The notes under the pieces: model-generated
Told to the model about the DNA's origin: nothing
The model's database searches: none
Seen by the model: only the letters and a program-made list of their open reading frames with translations
Translations under genes and position numbers: made by a program
Assembly (NCBI GenBank): GCA_045805565.1
Contig: JBJMKZ010000050.1
Location: forward strand, 13,858-77,857
Direction: 5' to 3'
Source of the DNA: Solirubrobacteraceae bacterium
Lineage (GTDB): Bacteria > Actinomycetota > Thermoleophilia > Solirubrobacterales > Solirubrobacteraceae
DNA: 64,000 bases
In this document: one piece after another, positions 6,791 through 15,543 of the stretch
Layout: every line of letters begins with the position of its first letter
Numbering within the stretch: the stretch's first letter is position 1

Positions 6791-8628
6791 GCGGCGCGGG
6801 AGCGCAGGACGTGACGGGCGGCTGACTCGGCCGCCCCGAGCTGTTCGTCCACGAGGTCGAGCCCGGACTCCCAGAAGCTCGGGTCGGCGAGGTCGACTCC
6901 CACCAGGCTTCCCAGCTCCTCGGGCGGCCGGGAGCCGCCGGCGGCCAGCAGCTCGAGATAGCGGGGCACGAACGTCTCCCCCTCGTCCAGATAGCGGCGG
7001 TAGACCGAGAGCGCCAGGAGCTGCCCATAGGCGTAGGCGTAGACGTAGCCGGGCGCGTCGATGAAGTGAGGGATGTACGACCACCACGAGCGGTAGCCGT
7101 CGGTGATCTCGACGGCGTCCCCGAGCATCTCCGCCTGGGTCTGGGTCCACAGCTCGCCGATCCGGTGCAGCGACAGCTCGCCCTCCTCGCGCCGCGCGGT
7201 ATGTGCGAGGTCCTCGAAGCGGTACATGGCGATCTGCCGGAACACCGTGGCGATCGAGCCCTCGATGCTCTCGGCCAGGAGAGCCAGGCGCGACTCCGCG
7301 CCGTGCGCGGCCTCCAGGAGCCGGCCGAAGACGATCGTCTCGCCGAACACCGATGCCGTCTCGGCCAGCGTCAGCGGAGTGTGCTGGTGCAGGAGGCCCC
7401 GCGGTGCGGCCAGGGCGGCGTGCAGGCCGTGCCCGAGCTCGTGCGCCAGGATCAGCACATCCCGGCGCTTGTGGGTGTAGTTGAGCATCACGTAGGGGTG
7501 GACCGCGGGAACGGTGTAGGAGCAGAACGCCCCCCCACGCTTGTTCGGCCGCACGGGCGCGTCGATCCAGCGCTCGTCGAAGAACCGGCCGGCCAGCCTG
7601 CCGAGCTCGGGCGAGAACGAGGCGTAAGAGTCGAGCACGAGCTCGCGCGCCTCGTGCCAGCCGACCTCGGGGTCGTCGGCGGTCACCGCCGCGGCGCGGT
7701 CGTAGTCGGTGAGGCGTCCGATTCCCAGCAGCCGCGCCTTGAGCCGGTACCAGCGGCGGGGTAGCTCGTAGCGCCTCCGGACCGCCGCCACCAGCGCGGC
7801 CACCGACTCGTCCGACGCCTCGTTGGCCAGGTTGCGGCTGGCCAGCCAGTGCGGGTAGGAGCGCAGGCGGTCGTCGACCGCCTTGTCGTGCAGGACGGTG
7901 TTGAGGATGAAGCCGCGCGTGCGCAGGCCGGGCCCGAGCGCCACGGTCACGGCCTCGGCGACCGCTCGCCGCTCGCCGCGGTCGGGTGACACCAGGCGGG
8001 CCAGGGCCACGTCGAGCGCGACCGGCTCCTCGCCCTCCGGCTCGACCCGGATCGCGGACGTCACCTCGGCGAACAGCCGGCTCCAGGCGCTGCGACCGGT
8101 GACCGCCTTCTCGGTCAGCACGCGCTCCTCGGGCTCGGACAGCAGGTGCGGCCGGTAGCGACGTTGGGTCCTCAGGTGATGGCGGCAGAAGTCGAGCTCG
8201 TCGCCGGCCAGCAGCTGCGCCGCGCGCGCGTCGTCCAGGGCCGCCCACTCCAGCTCGAAGAACAGCAGCCGGGTCTCGATCTCGGTGGCCCGCTCCTGGA
8301 CCCGCTGGAGCAACGCGCCGCGCGCCGGGTCCGCCGTGTCGATCGCGAAGCGAAGCATCGCGTACGACGCGGCCCTCCCGACACTCTCGTTGATCTCCAC
8401 CAGCTCGCGCATCGCCACCGCCAGCTCGCGGGAAGATGCCAGCGCCCCGACGCGACCGGTGAACCGGGTCGCGAACGCCCGTGCGCGCTCGAGCGCCTCA
8501 TCGAGCAGGCGCTCCACGCCCGCCTCGCCGTCGCCGGCGACCAGCGGGTCGAGGTCCCACCCGACGCCGGCCAGCTGCGGATCGCGTGTCTGCGCGGTGG
8601 ATTCGGGTGCGGTGGCGATGTCCGGCAG
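6787..8628 (-). CDS. pepF: M3B oligoendopeptidase F
   Basis: Zinc motif HELGHGLH. PepF-like N-terminus (WDLDPLV..) and family-typical C-terminal blocks. The start is unresolved: there is no ATG/GTG/TTG just upstream of the WDL block. Candidates are CTG 8626-8628 or GTG 8515-8517. The ORF-track start at 9027 is an artefactual extension over the neighbouring gene. Confidence 0.8.
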   Translation of the reverse strand: MPDIATAPESTAQTRDPQLAGVGWDLDPLVAGDGEAGVERLLDEALERARAFATRFTGRVGALASSRELAVAMRELVEINESVGRAASYAMLRFAIDTADPARGALLQRVQERATEIETRLLFFELEWAALDDARAAQLLAGDELDFCRHHLRTQRRYRPHLLSEPEERVLTEKAVTGRSAWSRLFAEVTSAIRVEPEGEEPVALDVALARLVSPDRGERRAVAEAVTVALGPGLRTRGFILNTVLHDKAVDDRLRSYPHWLASRNLANEASDESVAALVAAVRRRYELPRRWYRLKARLLGIGRLTDYDRAAAVTADDPEVGWHEARELVLDSYASFSPELGRLAGRFFDERWIDAPVRPNKRGGAFCSYTVPAVHPYVMLNYTHKRRDVLILAHELGHGLHAALAAPRGLLHQHTPLTLAETASVFGETIVFGRLLEAAHGAESRLALLAESIEGSIATVFRQIAMYRFEDLAHTARREEGELSLHRIGELWTQTQAEMLGDAVEITDGYRSWWSYIPHFIDAPGYVYAYAYGQLLALSVYRRYLDEGETFVPRYLELLAAGGSRPPEELGSLVGVDLADPSFWESGLDLVDEQLGAAESAARHVLRSRAA

Positions 8629-8688
8629 CTTACGGAGGCGGCTCGGACAACCGTGGCGGCCGCCGCCCCGAGCCCGGATACTCCCGCA

Positions 8689-8859
8689 ATGCGCTCGCGA
8701 TGGCGGACCTTGCCCTTCCTGGCGGCGGTGGTCGGCGCGGTCGCGGTGTCGGGGATCGGTCTCGCGCTCGCGAACGGGCTGGGGAGTGACTCGCAGGGCC
8801 GGGCGAGGCGGTCGACCGCCGCCGCGCCGCTGCCGCGCTTCCATCCCCGGGCGGTCTAG
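8689..8859 (+). other. 56-codon ORF encoding a signal-anchor/TM segment, in frame with and separated by one TAG from the downstream M23 domain
   Basis: ATG 8689. Product: MRSRWRTLPFLAAVVGAVAVSGIGLALANGLGSDSQGRARRSTAAAPLPRFHPRAV, then TAG 8857-8859. It is in the same frame as the ORF starting at 8863. Confidence 0.4.
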
Positions 8860-8862
8860 CCG

Positions 8863-9435
8863 GTGGCCGGAGAGGTGGGCGCGGTGGCCCAGTCGCCGGG
8901 CCCGCCGGACGGAACCGACGTGCCCCCCTCGCGGGCCGGTCATCGGGTCTCGCCGGGCGCCCCCACGGACGCCCAGGTCCGGGCTGAGCTCGAGGCGCTC
9001 GACCGCGAGCAGTCGAAGGTCGAGCACGCGATCCTGGACAGCTCGGCCCCGATCCGTCCGGGGTCCGGCCGCTTCATCTGGCCGGTGTTCGGGCCGATCA
9101 CCTCACCGTTCTGCGAGCGCCGGTCATGGGAGGCATGCCATCCGGGGGTCGACATCGGGGTCGCCGCCGGGACCGCGATCCGTGCCGCGGACACCGGTCA
9201 GGTCGTCCTCGCGGGACCACAGGGCGGCTACGGCAACTTCACCTGCATCGCCCACACCGCGTCGCTGTCGACCTGTTACGCGCACCAGTCCCGGATCCTC
9301 GTCGTGCCGGGCCAGGTCGTGGTGCGGGGCCAGGTGATCGGGGCCGTCGGCTGCACCGGACTCTGCTTCGGCCCGCACCTGCACTTCGAGGTGCGCATCC
9401 GCGGTCGCGTGGTCAACCCGATGGCGTACCTGTAG
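8863..9435 (+). CDS. M23-family peptidase catalytic domain (no signal peptide of its own)
   Basis: GTG 8863. M23 motifs: CHPGVDIG, GGYGNFTCIAH, GPHLHFEV. It lacks any N-terminal hydrophobic segment unless joined to 8689-8859. Confidence 0.7.
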   Translation: MAGEVGAVAQSPGPPDGTDVPPSRAGHRVSPGAPTDAQVRAELEALDREQSKVEHAILDSSAPIRPGSGRFIWPVFGPITSPFCERRSWEACHPGVDIGVAAGTAIRAADTGQVVLAGPQGGYGNFTCIAHTASLSTCYAHQSRILVVPGQVVVRGQVIGAVGCTGLCFGPHLHFEVRIRGRVVNPMAYL

Positions 9436-9514
9436 GCGACGTGCCGGGGTCCGCGACCTGGCGGCATGCCTGCGGGCGCCCCTGGCGACGGCCCGGCTCG
9501 CGATACTCCCGCCG

Positions 9515-10213
9515 ATGATTGCCGGCCCCGGCCCGCAGCCCACCCGCCACCGGGCCCGCCTGGCCGGGATCGCCGCCGCCGCCATGCTCGTGCTCGCCGG
9601 CGGGGGCTATGCGCTGTGGACCACCCTCCTGCGGCCGGCTTCAGCCGACGACCAGCTGCGGGCGAGCTCCGACCGGGAGTTCGATCCGGTGCTCGTGCCG
9701 CGCCGTCACCGGCCTCAGGTGGTCGAGCCGGTGGCGGGCCAGGTGGCGGGCGTCCCGGGACCGGACGAAGCGCTGCCGCCGCGGTCCAGGGCCGGCAAGG
9801 GGGAGGCGGGTCCGTCGGGCGGGGCGCCGTCGGACACCCAGGTGCGCCGCGAGCTCGCGCGCCTGCAGGCGGTGTCGCGGCGATACCACTTCGACCAGCT
9901 CGACTTCTCCGGTGAGCTGATCCCGTTCGATGCGCTGCCCACGGGAGGCTGGCGGCAGAGCATCGCCTCCACCTTCTACGACTACGGGCACGGGCTGGCG
10001 TGTGGCGGTGTGCTGCGGCCCGAGCAGCTCGGTGTCGCCCACAAGACCGCTCCGTGCGGGACGCTGGTCACCTTCCGCTACGGCGGCAGGGCGATCCGGG
10101 TCCCGGTCATCGACCGCGGGCCCTACATTTCCGGGCGCGAATGGGACTTCACCGGCGCCACCGCCGCGGCGCTCGGCTTCCCCGGCCTGGGCGTGGTGGA
10201 CTGGCACGTGTAG
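9515..10213 (+). CDS. Membrane-anchored RlpA-like double-psi beta-barrel (DPBB) protein, putative lytic transglycosylase
   Basis: N-terminal TM (LAGIAAAAMLVLAGGGYALW). The C-terminal block ASTFYDYGHGLACGG..VAHKTAPCGTLVTFRYGGRAIRVPVIDRGPY is typical of RlpA/DPBB_1. Confidence 0.75.
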   Translation: MIAGPGPQPTRHRARLAGIAAAAMLVLAGGGYALWTTLLRPASADDQLRASSDREFDPVLVPRRHRPQVVEPVAGQVAGVPGPDEALPPRSRAGKGEAGPSGGAPSDTQVRRELARLQAVSRRYHFDQLDFSGELIPFDALPTGGWRQSIASTFYDYGHGLACGGVLRPEQLGVAHKTAPCGTLVTFRYGGRAIRVPVIDRGPYISGREWDFTGATAAALGFPGLGVVDWHV

Positions 10214-10251
10214 AGGACCCGGACTGAGACAGCCGATCCGCGGAGGGAAAG

Positions 10252-10314
10252 ATGAACCAGAGGACTGCGCTTCGTCACATCCACGAGCCCGCCGTCACCC
10301 GGGTCGAGGCATGA
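10252..10314 (+). CDS. Candidate 20-codon leader ORF translationally coupled to the SDR gene
   Basis: ATG 10252 has GGAGG 5 nt upstream. Product: MNQRTALRHIHEPAVTRVEA. Its TGA (10312-10314) overlaps the SDR ATG (10311) as ATGA. Confidence 0.3.
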   Translation: MNQRTALRHIHEPAVTRVEA

Positions 10315-11045
10315 CGGCGGCCGACGCGGACCGCGCCGCGCTCGTGCTCGGGGCGCGGAACCTGGGCGGCGCCATCGCCGACCGCCTGCTGACCGGCGGC
10401 TGGAGGGTGGCCGCCGTCGCGCGCAGCCAGGACACGCTGGCGCGCCTCGGTGAGCGTGGGGCGCTGGCGCTCGCCGCCGACGCGGCCGACCCGGCCGACC
10501 TCCAGCGCGCCATCGCGCGCACGCGCGAGGAGCTGGGGACGCTGCGCCTGATCGTCAACGCGGTGAGCGCCAGCCGGCCCAGCGGCGAGGGGCCGTTCGG
10601 GGGCGGCCCGCTGGCGGAGGCGACTATGGACTCCTTCCGTGGCTGGGCCAGCGCGGTAGCCGAACAGAGCTTCGCCTTCCTCTCCACCGGCGCGCGCGCC
10701 CTCCGCAAGGTCGGCGGAGGCACGCTGATCCAGGTGACCGGTGGCTCGTCGCGGCGCGCCATGCCGGGGAAGGGGGCCTGGGCCGCCGGCGCGTTCGCCA
10801 CCCGGGCGCTGGTTCAGGCGGCGGCTCAGGAGCTGCGTCCCGACGGCATCCACGTCGCGCTGCTGGTGGTGGACGCCACCATCGAGTCGCCCAAGACGGC
10901 GCCCTACACCGGGGACGCGCCGCGCGACGCGCTGGCCGACATGGCCGACGTCGCGGCCGCCGTCGAGTACCTGGCCGCGCAGGGACCGCGAGGGATGACG
11001 CACGAGCTGGTGATCACGCCCGCCGGCGACCGCTGGGTCCCTTAG
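10311..11045 (+). CDS. Short-chain dehydrogenase/reductase (SDR) family oxidoreductase
   Basis: ATG 10311 (MTAADADRAALVLGARNLGGAIA..). It has the Rossmann G-x-x-x-G-x-G-like N-terminus and an SDR-like core. The ORF-track start at 9930 overlaps the upstream gene. Confidence 0.8.
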   Translation: MTAADADRAALVLGARNLGGAIADRLLTGGWRVAAVARSQDTLARLGERGALALAADAADPADLQRAIARTREELGTLRLIVNAVSASRPSGEGPFGGGPLAEATMDSFRGWASAVAEQSFAFLSTGARALRKVGGGTLIQVTGGSSRRAMPGKGAWAAGAFATRALVQAAAQELRPDGIHVALLVVDATIESPKTAPYTGDAPRDALADMADVAAAVEYLAAQGPRGMTHELVITPAGDRWVP

Positions 11046-11089
11046 ATACGCGCGGACCTCCGCTGGGGAGCGGCGGGCGGTCCTGACGC

Positions 11090-11521
11090 TCAGCTGGGGA
11101 CCGACAGGCGGTCCTGCACGCGATCGACCAGTCGCTCGGCGTCCGACCTCAGCTGTCCGAGCCCGCGGCCGGCGTCGCGACGTGTCCTGCGTGCGCGACG
11201 CTCGACGCCACCCCGGCTGCGCCGCACGGCGGTGGCGCCCCGGCGCTCGAACCGGCTCAGCTGCCGGCGGAGACGGGAGCGCGTGCTGACCGCATCGGTG
11301 ATCGCGTCCCGCGCGGCCAGCGTCGCGCCCACCGGAATCAGCAGCGCACGCTCGGCGTGGCGGCTGATGGCGTCCAGGCGCCTCACCCGGGCGTCGGCCC
11401 GTCGGGTCGCACGCGTCGAGCTGCGCAACTGCCGCCCGTTGCGCCCGGCGGCGTTGCGCTTCCGCGTGGCGGCCGCCTTGCGGGCGGCGGCGCTGCGCTG
11501 TCTCGCTGTCTGCGTGGCCAT
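11090..11521 (-). CDS. Highly basic Arg/Ala-rich helical protein (143 aa), uncharacterized
   Basis: ATG 11519-11521 has AAGGAG upstream. Product: MATQTARQRSAAARKAAATRKRNAAGRNG...; the central ERALLIPVGATLAARDAITDAV helix is followed by Arg-rich repeats. Confidence 0.6.
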   Translation of the reverse strand: MATQTARQRSAAARKAAATRKRNAAGRNGRQLRSSTRATRRADARVRRLDAISRHAERALLIPVGATLAARDAITDAVSTRSRLRRQLSRFERRGATAVRRSRGGVERRARRTRRDAGRGLGQLRSDAERLVDRVQDRLSVPS

Positions 11522-11694
11522 GAACCGATCAACTCCTTGGATCGCTTGATTCGCCTCTGGCGTCCCCGGCGTGCAGCCAGCCAAACGTCCGATTCGCACC
11601 TGGTGCGGACCGTCACGAGCGATGCATGCGGGACTGCGCTCGGGGTACCCCAGGCGGACATCGGACGTGCAACGAAGAGAGGAGGCGACGCCAC

Positions 11695-11856
11695 GTGGAG
11701 CATCTCGACGACGAGGGCCGCGACCCACTGAGCGATGACGTCGATCCCTCCGAGGCGCTGCCCGAGGAGGACGAGGACCTCGTCGACCTGGAGGACTTCG
11801 AGGCGCCGGAGGCCCTCGACCCGCTCGAGGAGATCGAAGACGACGAGCCGACCTAG
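11695..11856 (+). CDS. Small (53 aa) extremely acidic hypothetical protein
   Basis: GTG 11695 with GGAGG 9 nt upstream. Product: VEHLDDEGRDPLSDDVDPSEALPEEDEDLVDLEDFEAPEALDPLEEIEDDEPT. Confidence 0.45.
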   Translation: MEHLDDEGRDPLSDDVDPSEALPEEDEDLVDLEDFEAPEALDPLEEIEDDEPT

Positions 11857-11907
11857 CTCTGGCGGCCCGGACGTCCCTTCTCGGTTAGTCTCAAGCGGGA
11901 GGGGAAG

Positions 11908-13941
11908 ATGGCGACCCGCGTGCCAGGCGAGCCGGTCATGGCGCCCCGCGACAGCGGGGACCTCGGTTCGGCGTTGATCGCCTCGGCGCTGGACTGCGTG
12001 GTGGTCGTGGACCCGGAAGGCCGGATCGCCGAGTTCAATCCCGCCGCGGAGGAGACCTTCGGCCACCGGCGCGAGGATGTCCTCGGCCGCGACATGGCCG
12101 AGTTGCTCCTTCCCCCCGAGATTCGGGACCGGCTTCGGATTGGCCTGGCCAGTGGCGTCAACTCGGGCGAGGGATCCCTCTTGGATCGTCCCGTGGAGGT
12201 GTCCGCATCGCGTGTGGACGGCTCACGGGTTCCGATCGAGCTGACCATCTCCCGGCTTCCGGAGTTCGATCCCCCGCGGTTCACCGTCTACCTGCGGGAC
12301 ATGAGCCGCCGCCGCTCCGTCGACTACGCCCAGCTTCACCAGGCGGCCATCGTCGAGTCGACTGACGACGCCGTCCTCAGCAAGGACTCCCGCGGAATCG
12401 TCACCAGTTGGAATCCCGCCGCCGAACGGGTCTACGGCTACCGCGCCGAGGAGGCGGTCGGCCGCCACGTCTCGTTCCTGGTTCCTCCCGATCACCGCGG
12501 CGAGGAGTCGCGGATCCTGGCCCGGGCGATGGCGGGCGAGCGGATCGCCACCTACGAGACCGAGCGGATCCGGGCCGATGGGACGCGCATCGACGTCTCG
12601 CTCACCGTCTCCCCCATCGTGGATCCGGACGAGGGCGTCATCGGGGCGTCGGTGATCGCCCGCGACATCACGGCCCGCAATCGAGCCACGCAGGCCCAGC
12701 GGTTCCTGGCCAATGCCAGCGCGGCACTCGATGCGTCGCTCGATCCAGTCCAGACGCTGCGCACCATCGTCCGCACGGCGGTGCCGGAGCTGGCCGAGCT
12801 GTGTGTCATCGACCTGCTGCGGGACGACGGGTCGATCGGCGGCGCCGTCGCCGGAGCGACGGATCCCGCCTTCGCCCGGGAGCTCGAGGCCCTGCGGGGG
12901 CGCTTCCCGCTCGATCCTCGCGGCCGGCATCCGGTGGCCCAGGTGCTGCGCAGCGGCAGGTCGGTGGTGCTACGCGACCTTGGCAAGCCGGAGGTCGAGG
13001 CGGACGTCGCCCAGAGCGAGGAGCACCGGCGGTTCATGCACCGGACCGGCTACAGCTCGGCGGCCGTCGTGCCCATGGTCGCCCGCGGCCGCCTGCTCGG
13101 CGCGATCTCGCTCCTGCACGTGAACAACGACCGGCGCTACGACCCCTCCGACCTGTCGTTGCTCGAGGACCTCGCCGGCCGTGCCGCGATGGCGTTCGAC
13201 AACGCCCGGCTGTACGCCGAGCGCACGCGCATCGCCCGCACATTGCAGCAGGGCCTGCTGCCCGCGGACCTGCCTTCGATGCCCGGGTTCTCGGTGTCCG
13301 CGTCGTACCACCCGGCGGGCGAGGGCAACGAGGTCGGAGGCGACTTCTACGACGTGTTCGAGCGCGAGGGCGAATGGATGGTGGTCGTCGGTGACGTTTG
13401 CGGGAAGGGCGCCGAGGCGGCCGCCGTCACCGCGCTGATCCGCAACGCGGTGCGGGCGGTCGCGCTGGGCGAACGCGGTCCGTCGACGATCCTCGGGCAG
13501 GTGAACGAGGTGATGCTGCGCCACGACGTGGGAGAGCGCTTCGCCAGCGCGGTGGTGGGCCGGCTGACCCCCCGTGGCGACGGGGCGAGCCTGTGCCTGG
13601 CGGTCGCGGGCCATCCGCCTCCGCTCGTGCTCCGTCCCGGGGGGAGGATCCGCTCGGGCGCCCCCCGCGGCGACCTGCTCGGGATTGGCGCCCGCGCCGC
13701 CTTCCCGGAGCTGTCGCTGGCGCTGTCACCGGGTGACACGGTGATCCTCTACACCGATGGAGTGCTGGAGGCCGGCGCCCCCGACCGCGTCCTGTCGGAC
13801 GAGGACCTCGAATCGGTCCTGGCGCAGTGCGGCGGGCTCCCGACCCGCGAGGTCGTGCACACCCTGGAGCGGCACGCGCTGCGCCTGAGCCGCGGCAGCC
13901 CCCGCGACGACCTGGCGATCCTGGCCGTCACGGTCGGCTGA
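11908..13941 (+). CDS. PAS-PAS-GAF-PP2C (SpoIIE/RsbU-type) serine phosphatase sensor
   Basis: 677 aa. There are two PAS blocks (VVVVDPEGRIAEFNPAAEETFG; VLSKDSRGIVTSWNPAAERVYGY), a GAF-like middle region, and C-terminal SpoIIE motifs GGDFYDVF and VVVGDVCGKGAEAA. Confidence 0.85.
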   Translation: MATRVPGEPVMAPRDSGDLGSALIASALDCVVVVDPEGRIAEFNPAAEETFGHRREDVLGRDMAELLLPPEIRDRLRIGLASGVNSGEGSLLDRPVEVSASRVDGSRVPIELTISRLPEFDPPRFTVYLRDMSRRRSVDYAQLHQAAIVESTDDAVLSKDSRGIVTSWNPAAERVYGYRAEEAVGRHVSFLVPPDHRGEESRILARAMAGERIATYETERIRADGTRIDVSLTVSPIVDPDEGVIGASVIARDITARNRATQAQRFLANASAALDASLDPVQTLRTIVRTAVPELAELCVIDLLRDDGSIGGAVAGATDPAFARELEALRGRFPLDPRGRHPVAQVLRSGRSVVLRDLGKPEVEADVAQSEEHRRFMHRTGYSSAAVVPMVARGRLLGAISLLHVNNDRRYDPSDLSLLEDLAGRAAMAFDNARLYAERTRIARTLQQGLLPADLPSMPGFSVSASYHPAGEGNEVGGDFYDVFEREGEWMVVVGDVCGKGAEAAAVTALIRNAVRAVALGERGPSTILGQVNEVMLRHDVGERFASAVVGRLTPRGDGASLCLAVAGHPPPLVLRPGGRIRSGAPRGDLLGIGARAAFPELSLALSPGDTVILYTDGVLEAGAPDRVLSDEDLESVLAQCGGLPTREVVHTLERHALRLSRGSPRDDLAILAVTVG

Positions 13942-13958
13942 TCGGTAGACCTACTGGG

Positions 13959-14561
13959 ATGGCCTCGAGGCGACTTGAGACCTACCGGCGCAGGCGGGAC
14001 CTGAAGCGCTCCGGCGAGCCGGCCGGCGCGCGCCGACGCTCCGGCCGTCGCCGGCCGGTGTTCGTGGTCCAGAAGCACGACGCGACCTCCCTTCACTACG
14101 ACTTCCGCCTCGAGGTCGCGGGCGTCCTGAAGTCGTGGGCGGTGCCAAAGGGGCCCTCGACCGATCCGCGCGACAGGAGGCTCGCCATGGAGGTCGAGGA
14201 CCACCCGCTCGATTACGCGTCGTTCGAGGGCGTCATCGAGGAGGGCAGCTACGGAGCGGGACCGGTGATCGTGTGGGATACGGGCACATACCGCGACATC
14301 ACCGAGCGGGGCGGGACGCGGGTTCCGATCGAGCAGGCACTTCGCGACGGGCATGTCTCGGTGTGGCTGGAGGGACGCAAGCTGCGCGGCGGCTGGTCGC
14401 TGCGTCGCATACGCGACGGCGCCAAGCCGCAGTGGCTGCTGGTCAAGCGGCGCGACGCCGAGGCCGACGCCCGCCGGCGCCCCACCAGCACCCAGCCCGA
14501 GTCGGTGCTGTCGGGCCGGACGATCGAGGAGCTGGCCGGCTCCGCCGGCTCCGGTGGCTGA
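13959..14561 (+). CDS. Stand-alone LigD 3'-phosphoesterase (PE) domain protein
   Basis: ATG 13959. The core FVVQKHDATSLHYDFRLE..VLKSWAVPKGPS..DHPLDY..G.VIVWD is diagnostic of the LigD PE domain. Confidence 0.85.
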   Translation: MASRRLETYRRRRDLKRSGEPAGARRRSGRRRPVFVVQKHDATSLHYDFRLEVAGVLKSWAVPKGPSTDPRDRRLAMEVEDHPLDYASFEGVIEEGSYGAGPVIVWDTGTYRDITERGGTRVPIEQALRDGHVSVWLEGRKLRGGWSLRRIRDGAKPQWLLVKRRDAEADARRRPTSTQPESVLSGRTIEELAGSAGSGG

Positions 14562-15543
14562 CCCGCTCGCCGGCCTGTCGGCCGAGGACCGGCGCCGGCT
14601 GCGGCAGGGTCCCGCGCCCCGGAGGTTCGAGCCGATGAAGGCGGTGCTCACCGACGAGCGGTTCTCGGATCCCGGCTGGCTCTACGAGCGCAAGCTGGAC
14701 GGCATCCGCTGCCTCGCGGTACGCGACGGAGATGACGTGCGGCTGAGGTCGCGCAACGACCTCAGCCTCAACGGCCGCTTCCCGGAACTCGTGGACGCCC
14801 TCGGTCGCGACCGCGCCCGCCACTTCGCGGTCGACGGCGAGGTGGTGGCTTTCGCCGGCGCCCAGACGAGCTTCGCCCGCCTCGCGCGGCGCGGGCGGCG
14901 GCCCGGCATACCGGTCTACCTGTACGTCTTCGACGTGCTGTGGGTGGATGGGCACGACACGCGCGCACTGGCGCTGCGGGCCCGCAAGGCGGTGCTCCGC
15001 CGCGCGCTGCAATTCCACGGACCGGTGCGGCTCACGCCCTACCGCTACCGCGACGGCGAGGCGCTCTACCGCCAGGCATGCCGCAAGGGATGGGAGGGAC
15101 TGATCGCCAAGCGGGTCCTCAGCGCCTACACCGGCGCGCGCACGCGGGACTGGCTGAAGTTCAAGTGTGCCAGCGAGCAGGAGCTGGTGATCGGCGGCTA
15201 CACGGCGCCTCGCGGCTCGCGCGAGGAGCTGGGCGCCCTGCTGCTCGGGTACTACCGCGACGGCGAGCTGCGCTACGCCGGGAAGGTCGGCACCGGCTTC
15301 GACCGCGCGACACTGCGCGAGCTGGCGCAACGCCTGCGTCGGCTGCGACGCGACAGCTCGCCGTTCGCAGGCGACGACGCGCCGGCCCGGCAGACGACCT
15401 GGGTTCATCCGCGCCTGGTCGTCCAGATCGGCTTCAGCGAGTGGACGCGCGACGGCCGCCTCCGCCACCCGCGCTACCTGGGCCTGCGGGAGGACAAGGA
15501 TCCCCGCGAGGTGGTGCGCGAACGTCCCCGGCCGGCGCGATGA
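14554..15543 (+). CDS. ligD: Stand-alone ATP-dependent DNA ligase (LigD ligase domain)
   Basis: Motif I is ERKLDGIRC (KxDG). The downstream nucleotidyltransferase and OB blocks are EGLIAKR and WLKFK. The start is either GTG 14554 (8-nt overlap with the PE gene) or ATG 14635. Confidence 0.85.
   Translation: MADPLAGLSAEDRRRLRQGPAPRRFEPMKAVLTDERFSDPGWLYERKLDGIRCLAVRDGDDVRLRSRNDLSLNGRFPELVDALGRDRARHFAVDGEVVAFAGAQTSFARLARRGRRPGIPVYLYVFDVLWVDGHDTRALALRARKAVLRRALQFHGPVRLTPYRYRDGEALYRQACRKGWEGLIAKRVLSAYTGARTRDWLKFKCASEQELVIGGYTAPRGSREELGALLLGYYRDGELRYAGKVGTGFDRATLRELAQRLRRLRRDSSPFAGDDAPARQTTWVHPRLVVQIGFSEWTRDGRLRHPRYLGLREDKDPREVVRERPRPAR

Noticed and set aside
6605-8248. 547-aa ORF sharing the strand of pepF in another frame, plus similar long alternative or antisense ORFs (15474-17453, 20234-21505, 31474-32985, 34436-36052, 48095-50032, 52820-55201, 55002-56633)
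   Set aside because: All give low-complexity R/P/G/A-rich products. Each overlaps a gene with strong family motifs and has no start context of its own. I treat them as GC-driven artefacts.
8560-8690. A second ydaO riboswitch upstream of the second M23 / RlpA-like genes
   Set aside because: None of the conserved blocks (GGGGAACC, GGGGNGAAUC, CCGUCAGCUAACC) occur on either strand of the 8620-8688 or 9436-9514 gaps.
8629-9027. N-terminal extension of the pepF ORF up to the track start at 9027
   Set aside because: The extension overlaps the opposite-strand M23 gene, is Arg-rich junk, and lies upstream of the family-typical WDL N-terminal block. The true start is near 8628 or at 8517.
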